This document shows, piece after piece, positions 27,061 through 36,058 of a stretch of 46,261 nt of DNA. The stretch covers positions 1 to 46,261 of the forward strand of contig JASHVA010000033.1 in the NCBI GenBank assembly GCA_030039715.1, written 5' to 3'. The number at the start of each line of letters is the position of its first letter. The first letter of the stretch is position 1. The position numbers were made by a program, and so were the translations under genes. Below the pieces are notes generated by a model. The model had not been told where the DNA came from. It made no database searches and saw only the letters and a program-made list of their open reading frames with translations. The DNA comes from Thermoplasmata archaeon. Lineage in GTDB: Archaea; Thermoplasmatota; Thermoplasmata; Lutacidiplasmatales; UBA184.

Positions 27061-27906
27061 TTACGGCGCCGAAGAGGAGCTCGGGCGGGCGGTGCCGGTA
27101 TCGAAGCGGCGGAGGAGCTGGGTCGTCACTTCGATGAGCGGGTGCTGCGAAGAGTGGTCGATCTCGATGTCGTCGATCGAGTGGAGGTGGTGCTCGGCGG
27201 CGAGGCGCTCGAAGCCGGTCTCGGCGCGGGCGAACTCCTCGGGGCGGTCGCAGGTCAGGACGAACGCCTGCAGCTGCGGGAGGCCCATCTCCCGGGCGGC
27301 GAGGGCGCGGTGGTGGCCGTCCACGAGGATCCAGGCGTCCCCCTTCTGGACGACGAGCACCGGCTCGGCGAGCCCGCGCTCGAGCTCGTAGCGCCGGCCG
27401 GCGAGCTCGTCCTCGAAGACCTTCCACTGCGTCGGCGTGAGCCGCTCCAGCGGGACGAGCCCGCGGTGGAACGAGAACGGGACGCCGTAGCGCTCCGTGA
27501 GCAGGTGGATCAGCGTGTCCGCCTTCGCGGGGGAAGCGCGCTCGAAGTGGGAGCGGACGATGTCGAGGTTCGAGAGGATCCCGCAGAGCCGGCCGTCCGC
27601 GTCGATGATGGGAAGGTCGCGGAGGCCGAAGCGGAACATGATCCGCGCGGCGTCGTCGAGGCCGGTGTCCGGGCTCGCCGTGTACGTCCCCGGCCGGATG
27701 ATCCGGCCGAGCGGCGTCGCGCCCTCCCCGGCGTGCCGGAGGAGCTCCTTCGCGCTCACGAAGCCGACGAGCTTGCCCGAGGCGTCGGTCACGGGGAGGC
27801 CGTGGTGCCGGCTCTTCGTCAGCTGGTGGATCGCGTCGCGGACGGTCGCCGTTTCCTGCAGGTGCTCGACCTCGAGCACCATGTAGTCCTTGACGCGGAC
27901 GATCAT
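27061..27906 (-). CDS. CBS-pair + ParB/sulfiredoxin-like domain protein
   Basis: VKDYM...HGLPV...LPIID (CBS pair), then L.PTQ and LVDGHHRALAA (ParB/Srx). Confidence 0.85.
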   Translation of the reverse strand: MIVRVKDYMVLEVEHLQETATVRDAIHQLTKSRHHGLPVTDASGKLVGFVSAKELLRHAGEGATPLGRIIRPGTYTASPDTGLDDAARIMFRFGLRDLPIIDADGRLCGILSNLDIVRSHFERASPAKADTLIHLLTERYGVPFSFHRGLVPLERLTPTQWKVFEDELAGRRYELERGLAEPVLVVQKGDAWILVDGHHRALAAREMGLPQLQAFVLTCDRPEEFARAETGFERLAAEHHLHSIDDIEIDHSSQHPLIEVTTQLLRRFDTGTARPSSSSAP

Positions 27907-28496
27907 CGCTCGGAGACCGGTCCCTCGTCGCGGAGGTACGCGGTGAGGAGGTGGAGGAGCGTCACGTGAACGTCCTCGGTGTGCTGCATGCTGTTCGACG
28001 GCACGACGACGGGGACGTCGACCATTCCCTTCAGCTTCCCGCCGCCGATGCCGGTGAGCCCGATCGTCGTCACGCCGATCTCCTTCGCCACCTTGACGGC
28101 CTCGAGGACGTTGGGGGAGTTCCCGCTCCCCGAGATCGCGATCGCGACGTCGCCCGGCTCCGCGAGCACGCGCAGCGGCTCGGCGAAGACGCGCGAGTAG
28201 TCGGCGTCGTTCGCCCACGCCGTCATGCTCGGGACGTTGTCGCTCAGGCTGACGCACTTGATCCGGCGGCCGGGACCGCGGGCCGCGACCTTCGAGAGGT
28301 CCACCACGAAGTGCGCGGCCGTCGAGGCGCTGCCCCCGTTGCCGAAGAAGAACACCGTGCGGCCCGCCGCGCGAGCGCGCACGAGGATCGGAGCGATCGC
28401 CCGCACCGCCTCGAGCACGTACGGCTCGGCGAGCGCCTCGCGCGCCTCCGCGAGGTACCGGCGGGCGTAGGCGTCGACCCCGGGTGCCTCCGTCAT
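27903..28496 (-). CDS. gmhA: Phosphoheptose isomerase-like SIS protein
   Basis: GNGGS, ANDADY, SGSGNSPNV and EDVH motifs; ATG at 28496. Confidence 0.85.
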   Translation of the reverse strand: MTEAPGVDAYARRYLAEAREALAEPYVLEAVRAIAPILVRARAAGRTVFFFGNGGSASTAAHFVVDLSKVAARGPGRRIKCVSLSDNVPSMTAWANDADYSRVFAEPLRVLAEPGDVAIAISGSGNSPNVLEAVKVAKEIGVTTIGLTGIGGGKLKGMVDVPVVVPSNSMQHTEDVHVTLLHLLTAYLRDEGPVSER

Positions 28497-29470
28497 CGGT
28501 GGATCCCCAGAATGCGCGAACCCTCCGAGGTGATGCGCACCGGGAGCCGCGCCATCGGCGAGAGGGCGGCCGCTATTTGATGGCTGCGTTCCGGCGGGTG
28601 GACGAGGAGGAGGAAACCGCCGCCGCCGGCGCCCGTCACCTTTCCGCCGAACGCCCCGGCCTCCTTCGCCGCCGCGAACCGGCGGTCGATCTCGTCGTTC
28701 GTGATCCCCCGGGCGAGCCCGCGCTTCAACTGCCAGCCGGCGTCGAGCACCCGCCCGAGGCGCGCCCAGTCGTGCTCGACGATCGCGCGGCGGGCGTCCC
28801 CGGCGAGCTTCCGCATCTTGAGGAGGGAGTCGACGTTGTCGCCGGTTCGGGAGTCCTGGTCCTTCAGGATCCCCGACGCCTGGCGGGTGATCCCGGTGTA
28901 GAAGAGCGAGAGGTGGTCGCTGAGCGCGTCGCGGTCCGCCGGCGAGAGCGGCAGCGGCGTGACCCGGACCGAATCGTCGGACCGGAACTCGAACTGGTGC
29001 ACCCCGCCGAAGGCGGCGATGTACTGGTCCTGCTTCCCCAGCGTCCCGTGCAGGGTGTCGATCTCGATCCGGCACGCCTCGGCGGCGAGCTCCGCCGGAT
29101 CCTTCAGGACCCCGCGGAAGGCGTAGAGCGCGTTCAGCAGGCCGACCGTGACGGTCGACGAGGAGCCGAGGCCCGTCCCTTCGCCCGGGATGTCGGCGAT
29201 CGTGTGGACCTCGAGGGAGTCCCGGACGTGCGTCGCCCGCATCGCCTCGCGCACGAGCTCGTGCTGGAGGTCCTCGAGGCGGTCGACGTTCTCCGTGCGG
29301 GAGTAGGCGACGCGGATCGACCGGTCGAACTTCTCGTTCACGACGACGTGCACGAACTTGTCGATCGCCGCGCTCACGACCGCGCCCCCGTCGTGGGCGC
29401 GGTAGAACGACGGGAGGTCGGTCCCCCCGCCCGCGAAGCTGACCCTGAGGGGGGTCCGGGTGATGATCAC
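28493..29470 (-). CDS. hddA: D-glycero-alpha-D-manno-heptose-7-phosphate kinase-like GHMP kinase
   Basis: RTPLRVSFAGGGTD, GTGLGSSS, GKQDQY and GAGGGG motifs; GTG at 29470. Confidence 0.87.
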   Translation of the reverse strand: MIITRTPLRVSFAGGGTDLPSFYRAHDGGAVVSAAIDKFVHVVVNEKFDRSIRVAYSRTENVDRLEDLQHELVREAMRATHVRDSLEVHTIADIPGEGTGLGSSSTVTVGLLNALYAFRGVLKDPAELAAEACRIEIDTLHGTLGKQDQYIAAFGGVHQFEFRSDDSVRVTPLPLSPADRDALSDHLSLFYTGITRQASGILKDQDSRTGDNVDSLLKMRKLAGDARRAIVEHDWARLGRVLDAGWQLKRGLARGITNDEIDRRFAAAKEAGAFGGKVTGAGGGGFLLLVHPPERSHQIAAALSPMARLPVRITSEGSRILGIHR

Positions 29471-29496
29471 GGGAGGACGAGCCGGCGAACGGCCTC

Positions 29497-31572
29497 TTAT
29501 CGGTTTGGAGGGGGGACGGGCGCATCGTCGGGCCGGCCGGTGCCCGGGGAACGGCTCGCGGTCCGGGACCACCGGGCCCGGCGGCCGTAGAACGCGTGGG
29601 TCGTCTGCGCCAGGTGCCCGATCGGCTCGAGCCCGGGGAGGCTCGCCCGGAACGAGGGGGCACGACGGTCGAGGATGATCGCGATCCCGCGGTCGTGCTC
29701 CGAGCGGATCATCCGACCGCACGCCTGCAGGATCGCCCGGGCCGCCGGCGCCTCCACCGTGTACTCCCAGCCCTTCCCGGTCGTCGAGTCGAGGAACCGA
29801 CGGAGCGCCTCGTGCTTCGCGGACGGGCGGGGATACGGGATGCCGACGAGAACCACCGCCTCGAGCTCCTGGTTCGGATAGTCGATCCCTTCGCTCAGCC
29901 GGCCGCCGGCGACCCCGAGGAGGACCGTCCCCTCCGGGTCCTTTTTCCAGCTCTCGATCGAGCGCCAGAGGTCGCCCATCGGCAGCTTGGCGTACTCGAT
30001 GAAGACGTTCGAGGGAAGCTGGGACTGGAGGCCCGACTCGAGCACCCTCTGCATGAGGTCGAAGCTGGGGAAGAACACCGCCGTCTTCACCGGGAGGCAC
30101 TGGAGCACCTCGACCAGCCGGTCGGCGATCCGGGTGATCGCGCGGGGGTCGGAGCGGATCTCCTCGTACCGTGTCGTCACGGTCGGGTCGTAGAGGATCT
30201 TCCGGTGCTCGGGCGGGAAGTGGGAGGGGACGTCGAGGAGCCGGGCGCTTTCGCCGAGCCCGAGGGAGTCGCGGTACTCCTCGAGCGGGGCGAGCGTGCC
30301 GGACATGTGGACGGAGAGATGGCAGTCACGGATCGGCGCCGCGGGCACCGACGCGTCCAGGGAGTACGCCTCGAGCGCGGGTCGCGGGAGCCGCGTCGCG
30401 AGCTTCACGTACCCCGGCGGCTCGAGCTGGGGCCAGGAGAGCAGTGTGAGAGCGACGGTGTGCGCCCACGAGCGGGGAAGGTGGCGCTCCCGCCGACGCT
30501 CCTCCCGCAGGTTCTCGCCCCAGGTGGCGAGCGCTCCGAGCCAGGTGTCGAGACGGTGGCTCGTTCCGCCGAGCGCGGTGAGGAGCGCGTCCTCGAAGAC
30601 GCCCGGGGGCAGCACCGCGTCGTCCTCGCGCGCGAGCGCCTGGATCAGCTCCTCGACCGCCGCCCCCACGATGTCGAAGAACCGGGTCGCGCTCGGGCCG
30701 TCGGGGAGCTGGAAGTCGCCGCGCTCGGCGACCTCGGCGCGGGCGCGGCGGACCGACTCCTGGGGAAGGGCGACGGTCGTGAGCTCGCGGAGATGGTTCG
30801 GCAGGTTGTGCGCCTCGTCGATCACGAGGTCGATGCGCTCGGGCGGGACCCCGAGCCACTGGAACAGCGACCGACGGATGTGGGGATGGAAAAAGAACGC
30901 GTACGGGGCGGTGACGATCCGGGCGTGCGGGACGAGGCGCTTCGCGAGCTCGTACGGACAGAGGTTCTCCTCCCGGCAGAACGACTCGAACTCGGCCGGG
31001 TTCGGCAGCTTCTCGCGGAAGCGATCCTCGAGCCCCTCGAGGTCGGTCTGCAGGACCCGGGCGTAGTACGGGCAGCCGTCGAGGTCGGTGAGGTCGATCT
31101 CCCCGCCCTCGGGGAGCTCGGTCGGGGGGGCGAGCGGCGCCTCCCCCTGCATCGCGCGCTCGGTCGCTCGCTTGCGGTCGGCGCACAACTTGCCGTGCTC
31201 CTCCGCGGTCGCCCCCTTCACTTCTGCGACGTTCTCGAGGAGGAAGCAGCGTCCGGCCCGGCCCTGCAGGCCGATCGCGAGGAACGGACGCTCGAGGCGG
31301 TGGGCGATGGTGCGGGCCTCGTGGAGGACCTGGACCTCCTGGGCGTGCGTGCGGACCAGGTAGAGGATCGTGTGGTCGGCGCGCGTCGCGTGCTCGAGGA
31401 GCGGGGCGAGCGCGGCGACCGTCTTGCCGCTGCCCGTCGGAGCGTTCACGAGCAGGGCGCCGCCGCGCTCCGCGAGCGCCGAGACCTCCCGGACGATCGA
31501 CTCCTGACCCGGGCGCAGGCGATACGGGAAGAGGAGGGACGGCTCGGGGGCGGAGGTCGCCGACGGCGTCGT
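29497..31572 (-). CDS. xpd: XPD/Rad3 Fe-S DNA helicase; start inferred at non-canonical ACG 31572
   Basis: Q-motif FPY..RPGQ, APTGSGKT, four Fe-S Cys, DEAHN, SGTL, SEGID and QACGRMIR. Confidence 0.92.
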   Translation of the reverse strand, partial: TTPSATSAPEPSLLFPYRLRPGQESIVREVSALAERGGALLVNAPTGSGKTVAALAPLLEHATRADHTILYLVRTHAQEVQVLHEARTIAHRLERPFLAIGLQGRAGRCFLLENVAEVKGATAEEHGKLCADRKRATERAMQGEAPLAPPTELPEGGEIDLTDLDGCPYYARVLQTDLEGLEDRFREKLPNPAEFESFCREENLCPYELAKRLVPHARIVTAPYAFFFHPHIRRSLFQWLGVPPERIDLVIDEAHNLPNHLRELTTVALPQESVRRARAEVAERGDFQLPDGPSATRFFDIVGAAVEELIQALAREDDAVLPPGVFEDALLTALGGTSHRLDTWLGALATWGENLREERRRERHLPRSWAHTVALTLLSWPQLEPPGYVKLATRLPRPALEAYSLDASVPAAPIRDCHLSVHMSGTLAPLEEYRDSLGLGESARLLDVPSHFPPEHRKILYDPTVTTRYEEIRSDPRAITRIADRLVEVLQCLPVKTAVFFPSFDLMQRVLESGLQSQLPSNVFIEYAKLPMGDLWRSIESWKKDPEGTVLLGVAGGRLSEGIDYPNQELEAVVLVGIPYPRPSAKHEALRRFLDSTTGKGWEYTVEAPAARAILQACGRMIRSEHDRGIAIILDRRAPSFRASLPGLEPIGHLAQTTHAFYGRRARWSRTASRSPGTGRPDDAPVPPPNR

Positions 31573-31666
31573 GGGTCCTCTCCTCCCCGAGCGAGCCCCG
31601 GTTCAGGGTTTTAAGATGCGCGTTCAGTGGAACGGTGCGGAGGCCCGTTCGGGACGCCGAAGGCCG

Positions 31667-31984
31667 TCAGCCGTAGGCGTACCGGACGCCGTACGGGCCG
31701 CGCGGCATCGTCCAGGTGACGGAGCCCTGGTCGCAGGCGATGTCGCAGGCGCCACACTCGACACAGTCCTCGTACCGGAAGACGAGCCGACCCTCGATCC
31801 GCTCGTAGCACTTCGCCGGGCAGGCGAACGTGCAGAACGAGTGCGGGCACTTCGCACAGATCTCGGGCTTGACGGTGATGTGGGCGTGGTCCTTCGAGTC
31901 GGTCGAGTAGCGCAGCGTGCCGAGACGACGCTTGATCTCGACGAACTCGACGGGGGTGTCCGGGCTGCTCGCTCCCTCGGCCAT
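31667..31984 (-). CDS. FixX-like ferredoxin
   Basis: HITV..EIC..C....C...CPAKCY, CVECGAC...C and PRGPYGVRY.YG. Confidence 0.85.
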   Translation of the reverse strand: MAEGASSPDTPVEFVEIKRRLGTLRYSTDSKDHAHITVKPEICAKCPHSFCTFACPAKCYERIEGRLVFRYEDCVECGACDIACDQGSVTWTMPRGPYGVRYAYG

Positions 31985-31992
31985 CGTCCTTC

Positions 31993-32937
31993 CTATCCCG
32001 GCGCCTTCGCGAGGATCTCGAGGTCCGACCGGACCGCGGCGACGCTCTGGGCGAACGCGCTCCGCTCGGCGGGGGAGAGGTCGACCTCGACGACCCGCTC
32101 GACCCCCTGACGGCCGAGCACGACCGGGACGCCCACGTAGACGTCCTTCTCCCCGAACTCGCCGTTCAGGTGGGCCGCGACGGGAAGGAGACGGTGCGCG
32201 TCCTGCGCGATCGCGAGCACGAGCTCGGCCTGCGAGGCCGTGGGGGCGTAGAAGGCGCTCCCCGTCTTGAGGAGATTCACGATCTCCCCGCCGCCCTGCT
32301 TCGTCCTCTCCACGATCGCCGCGAGGCGGTCGGGCGGAAGCAGCTTCGCGAGCGGGACTCCGCTCACGCTCGAGAGGGAGAGGATCGGCACCATCGTGTC
32401 GCCGTGCGTTCCGAGGACGAAGGCGGTGACGTCCCGGGGTGCCACGTGGAGCGCTTCGGCGACGAACGAACGGAAGCGCCCGGCATCGAGCGTCCCGGAC
32501 TCGCCGAAGACGCGCGCGGGCGGCAGGCCGCTCACCTTGCGGAAGTAGTAGGTCATCACGTCGACCGGGTTCGTCACCACGACGACGACGGCGTTCGGAG
32601 CGTGGGCGCGGACCGCCTCGGCATGGCCGCGGACGATTGCGGCGTTCTTCTCGAGGAGGTCGGAGCGGCTCATCCCCGGCTTCCGAGCGAGGCCGGCCGT
32701 CTCCACGACGACGTCCGCGCCGGCGAGCGCGTCGAGCGACGTCGAACCCGTCACTCGGGTCGAGAAGCCGAGGATCGGCCCGGACTCCTGGATGTCCAGC
32801 GCCTTTCCCTGCGGCAGGCCGTCGACGATGTCGAGCAGAACGACCTCGCGCGCGATGTCGAGCTCGGCGAGGCGCTGGGCGAGCGAACCGCCGATGTTCC
32901 CGGCTCCGAGGACCGCCACCTTCCCGAGCGCGCTCAT
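31993..32937 (-). CDS. mdh: Malate dehydrogenase (LDH-like)
   Basis: GAGNIG, ARKPGMSRSDL, TNPVD, LD..R and HGD motifs; ATG at 32937. Confidence 0.94.
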   Translation of the reverse strand: MSALGKVAVLGAGNIGGSLAQRLAELDIAREVVLLDIVDGLPQGKALDIQESGPILGFSTRVTGSTSLDALAGADVVVETAGLARKPGMSRSDLLEKNAAIVRGHAEAVRAHAPNAVVVVVTNPVDVMTYYFRKVSGLPPARVFGESGTLDAGRFRSFVAEALHVAPRDVTAFVLGTHGDTMVPILSLSSVSGVPLAKLLPPDRLAAIVERTKQGGGEIVNLLKTGSAFYAPTASQAELVLAIAQDAHRLLPVAAHLNGEFGEKDVYVGVPVVLGRQGVERVVEVDLSPAERSAFAQSVAAVRSDLEILAKAPG

Positions 32938-33061
32938 CTCTCCGTCCCTCGAGCGCGTCCCACGGAGCTCGGGCTTAAATCGGAGCGCCCGAGCACGGTC
33001 GGCGACCCCGAGGCCCGTCGGCCGAAACCTTGATTCTCCGTAGAGGGGGTGCACCCCCGGA

Positions 33062-33313
33062 ATGGTCGACGTCGAATCCGCGCTGCTCAGCGTCCAGGAG
33101 CGGGACAACTGGCGGCGACGGATGGAGGTCCTCGAGCGATCGCTCGAGGACGTGCGCGAACAACGACGCAAGCTCGAGCAGCGGCTCCGACGGGTCCGCA
33201 AGGACCTCGTCCGGCTCCGACAAGCCGCCGAAGCCGTGCTCGACCTCTCCCGTTCGGCCGCTCGACCGGAGTTGATCCGTGCCTCGACGCCTTCTGCCAT
33301 CCACAACCGCTAG
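33062..33313 (+). CDS. Small coiled-coil hypothetical protein
   Basis: Heptad pattern; SD-like GGGGTG upstream. Confidence 0.62.
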   Translation: MVDVESALLSVQERDNWRRRMEVLERSLEDVREQRRKLEQRLRRVRKDLVRLRQAAEAVLDLSRSAARPELIRASTPSAIHNR

Positions 33314-33509
33314 GCAGGAAGCGCTCCTGGCGACCGAGCAGGAGCTCGTCGCGGAGGTCGCGCGCACCCGCCGGGAGGAGGAGTACCTGCTGCTCAAGGT
33401 CCGGCAGGCCCGCGAGCAGGTACGGTACTACGAGCGGCTGCTCGAGCTCCTGAAGCGCGACTGGGCTCAGGACCCGGCCCTCGCGTCGATCGTGCGCCGG
33501 CTCGGCTAG
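33279..33509 (+). CDS. Small coiled-coil hypothetical protein
   Basis: Heptad pattern; overlaps the previous gene by 35 nt; start uncertain. Confidence 0.55.
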   Translation: MPRRLLPSTTARQEALLATEQELVAEVARTRREEEYLLLKVRQAREQVRYYERLLELLKRDWAQDPALASIVRRLG

Positions 33510-33527
33510 CTCGCCCGGCGGCGCTCC

Positions 33528-34475
33528 GTGAAGCTCCTCGTGCTGGGGGCCGGCGCGGTGGGGTCGCTCCTGGCCGCGCGCCTCAGCGCGGCCGGTCACC
33601 CCGTAGAGCTCGTCGCCCGGCCCGACCACGCCGACGCGATCCGAGCCCGGGGACTGCGCGTGGTGGGGACGAGCCCGGGGACGTTCCATCCGAGCGCGCT
33701 CGACGACCTCGCGGAGGCCGCCCCCCCGGACGCGGTCCTCCTGACCGTGAAGACGTTCGACCTCGCCTCCGCGAGCGGGCGCCTCGCGCGCCGGTTCCCA
33801 CGGCTTCCGCCGACGCTCCTCCCGCAGAACGGCCTCGGCATCGAGCGGACGGTCGAAGCGGCGATCCGCGCCTCGGCCGGTGAAGACGCGGAGGCGGTGC
33901 TCGTCCGGGCCTCGAACTCGATCCCGGTCACGCTCGTCGGCCCCGGCGTCGTCCGCCAGGCCGGTGTGGGGGAAATCGTCCTCCGCGACCCGGCGTCCGG
34001 AGGTCCCGCGCGGGATGCGGCGGCGCTCTTCGTGACACTGCTCGATCGCGCCGGAATCCCGGTACGGCTCGTCGACGACCTCGAGCGCGAGCTGTGGCGG
34101 AAGGCGCTCATCAACGCGGCGATCAATCCGGTCACCGCCCTCCATCGGGTGCCGAACGGCCGATTGCTCGAGCTCCCGTACCGCGAGGAGGCGACCGGCC
34201 TCCTCCGCGAGGCGCAGCGCGCGGCCGCTCTCGCCGGTTTCGAGTTCTCGGACCGGGAAGCGGATGCCGACTTCGAACGGGTCGCCCGCGCGACCGCGGA
34301 GAATCGGTCGAGCATGCTGCAGGACCGGGACCGCGGCCGGCCGACGGAGGTCGATGCGATCTCGGGCGAGATCCTCCGCGTGGCGGTCGCCCAGGGAGTG
34401 GACCTCCCGCGCACGCGGGCGGTCGTCGAGCGGCTGCGTGCCACGGTCGGTGCGGCTCGGACCGAACCTTCTTAG
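33528..34475 (+). CDS. panE: 2-dehydropantoate 2-reductase
   Basis: GAGAVG, VK, QNG, WRKALINAAIN and SSMLQD...TE motifs. Confidence 0.93.
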   Translation: MKLLVLGAGAVGSLLAARLSAAGHPVELVARPDHADAIRARGLRVVGTSPGTFHPSALDDLAEAAPPDAVLLTVKTFDLASASGRLARRFPRLPPTLLPQNGLGIERTVEAAIRASAGEDAEAVLVRASNSIPVTLVGPGVVRQAGVGEIVLRDPASGGPARDAAALFVTLLDRAGIPVRLVDDLERELWRKALINAAINPVTALHRVPNGRLLELPYREEATGLLREAQRAAALAGFEFSDREADADFERVARATAENRSSMLQDRDRGRPTEVDAISGEILRVAVAQGVDLPRTRAVVERLRATVGAARTEPS

Positions 34476-34497
34476 CCGAACGGCTCTCCCCGGGCCG

Positions 34498-35679
34498 ATG
34501 GTCGCGAAGCGCGGCATCGGCGACGTCGCTCTCAAAGGACGACGGGTCCTGCTCCGAGTCGACTACAACGTTCCGCAGGACGCGAGCGGTCAGATCGCGG
34601 ACGACCGGCGCATCCAGGAGTCCCTGCCGACCCTGAACCACCTGCGGACCGCCGGCGCGCGCACGGTGCTCCTGTCCCACCTCGGCCGGCCGGGGGGCGA
34701 GCGGAATCCCCGGTTCTCCCTGAAGCCAGTCGCCCGCCGCCTCTCCTCGCTCCTCGGGCAGCCCGTGCCGATCGCGGAGGACATCGTCGGGATCCACGCG
34801 CTCGAGATGTCGGCCCGGATCGAGAACGGCCAGTTCCTCATGCTCGAGAACCTGCGCTTCCTCCCGGGGGAGGAGGCGAACGACCCCGCGTTCGCCGGCC
34901 AGCTGGCCCGGCTCGGAGAGCTGTTCGTCCAGGACGCGTTCGGCGTCGTCCACCGCACCCACGCCTCCACGGTCGGCGTGCCGAAGCGGCTGCCGTCCGT
35001 CGCCGGGCTCCTCGTGGAACGCGAAGTCCGGGAGCTCTCGCCGCTGGTCGATGCCCCCGAGCGGCCGTACGCGGTGATCGTCGGCGGGGCCAAGGTCGCG
35101 GACAAGCTGCCGCTGCTCGCGAGCTTCTGCGGACGGGCGGACCGGATCCTCCTCGGCGGAGCGCTCGCGTTCCCGTTCCTCCGGGCGTCAGGGGCGACCC
35201 TGGGCACGAGCCCGGTCGAGCAGGGGATGGAGCCGGCGATCGCCGAGCTGAACGCGCGCGCGAGCGAGGCGGGGACGTCGATCGAACTCCCGAGCGACCT
35301 CGTGTTCGAGCGACCCGGCGGGTCGCCGCCGGAGGTGGCGGCCGTCGGCGCGGTCCCGGCGGATGCCGCGGTCTACGACATCGGTCCCGCGACCCGGGCG
35401 CGGTTCCGGGCGGCCCTCGAGGGGACGCGCACCGTCTTCTGGAACGGCCCGCTTGGCCGCGCCGAGGACCCCCGCTTCGCCGCCGGGACCCGCGAGGTGC
35501 TCGGGGCGCTCGCCTCGGTGCGCGGTTACCACGTCGGGGCCGGCGGCGACTCCGCCCGGATCGCCCAGGACCTCGGCGTCATGGGCGGCTTCCAGTTCGT
35601 CTCGACCGGTGGGGGGGCCGCCCTCGAGTTCGTGCAGGGTCTCGAGCTGCCCGGTCTCGCGGTGCTCCCGAACGCCTAG
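34498..35679 (+). CDS. pgk: Phosphoglycerate kinase
   Basis: RVDYNVP, SHLGRP, LENLRF, GGAKVADK, WNGP and STGGGA motifs. Confidence 0.96.
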   Translation: MVAKRGIGDVALKGRRVLLRVDYNVPQDASGQIADDRRIQESLPTLNHLRTAGARTVLLSHLGRPGGERNPRFSLKPVARRLSSLLGQPVPIAEDIVGIHALEMSARIENGQFLMLENLRFLPGEEANDPAFAGQLARLGELFVQDAFGVVHRTHASTVGVPKRLPSVAGLLVEREVRELSPLVDAPERPYAVIVGGAKVADKLPLLASFCGRADRILLGGALAFPFLRASGATLGTSPVEQGMEPAIAELNARASEAGTSIELPSDLVFERPGGSPPEVAAVGAVPADAAVYDIGPATRARFRAALEGTRTVFWNGPLGRAEDPRFAAGTREVLGALASVRGYHVGAGGDSARIAQDLGVMGGFQFVSTGGGAALEFVQGLELPGLAVLPNA

Positions 35680-36058
35680 CACCGGCCCGGGCGGAGGGCG
35701 GCAGCGAGGCGCGGTCGAGCGTCGCCGTGAGGTATCGGAGGTAGGCCGGCGCTACCCGCGGGACGTCGACCTCCGCAATCTCGGGCACGGAGTACGGGTG
35801 GCCCTCGGCGAGGAATCGGAAGAGCGCACCGACCCGCTTCGGGACGGTCTTGAACAGCACGAGCGCCTCGCTCTCCGCGACCAGCCGGCCCTTCCAGAGA
35901 TACCGCGAGTCGACCGGCACGACGCTGCCGCACGCCGCGAGCCGCCGCCCGACCGCGCCGGCGACGGCGGCGAGCGCCCGCTCGCGGCTGGGGTACGTCG
36001 TGAGCACGAGCCGCATCGGCCCGCGCGCCCACTCCGGGTCCGCGGGGTACGGGCTCAT
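35579..36058 (-). CDS. cutA: Divalent-cation tolerance protein CutA
   Basis: RLAAC, SRYLWKG and HPYSVPEI motifs; alternative start at 36016. Confidence 0.88.
   Translation of the reverse strand: MSPYPADPEWARGPMRLVLTTYPSRERALAAVAGAVGRRLAACGSVVPVDSRYLWKGRLVAESEALVLFKTVPKRVGALFRFLAEGHPYSVPEIAEVDVPRVAPAYLRYLTATLDRASLPPSARAGARRSGAPRDRAARDPARTRGRPPHRSRRTGSRP

Noticed and set aside
27061..27906. ParB domain as a plasmid or chromosome partition system
   Set aside because: No ParA partner or HTH; it is a CBS-fused enzyme-like ParB/Srx architecture.
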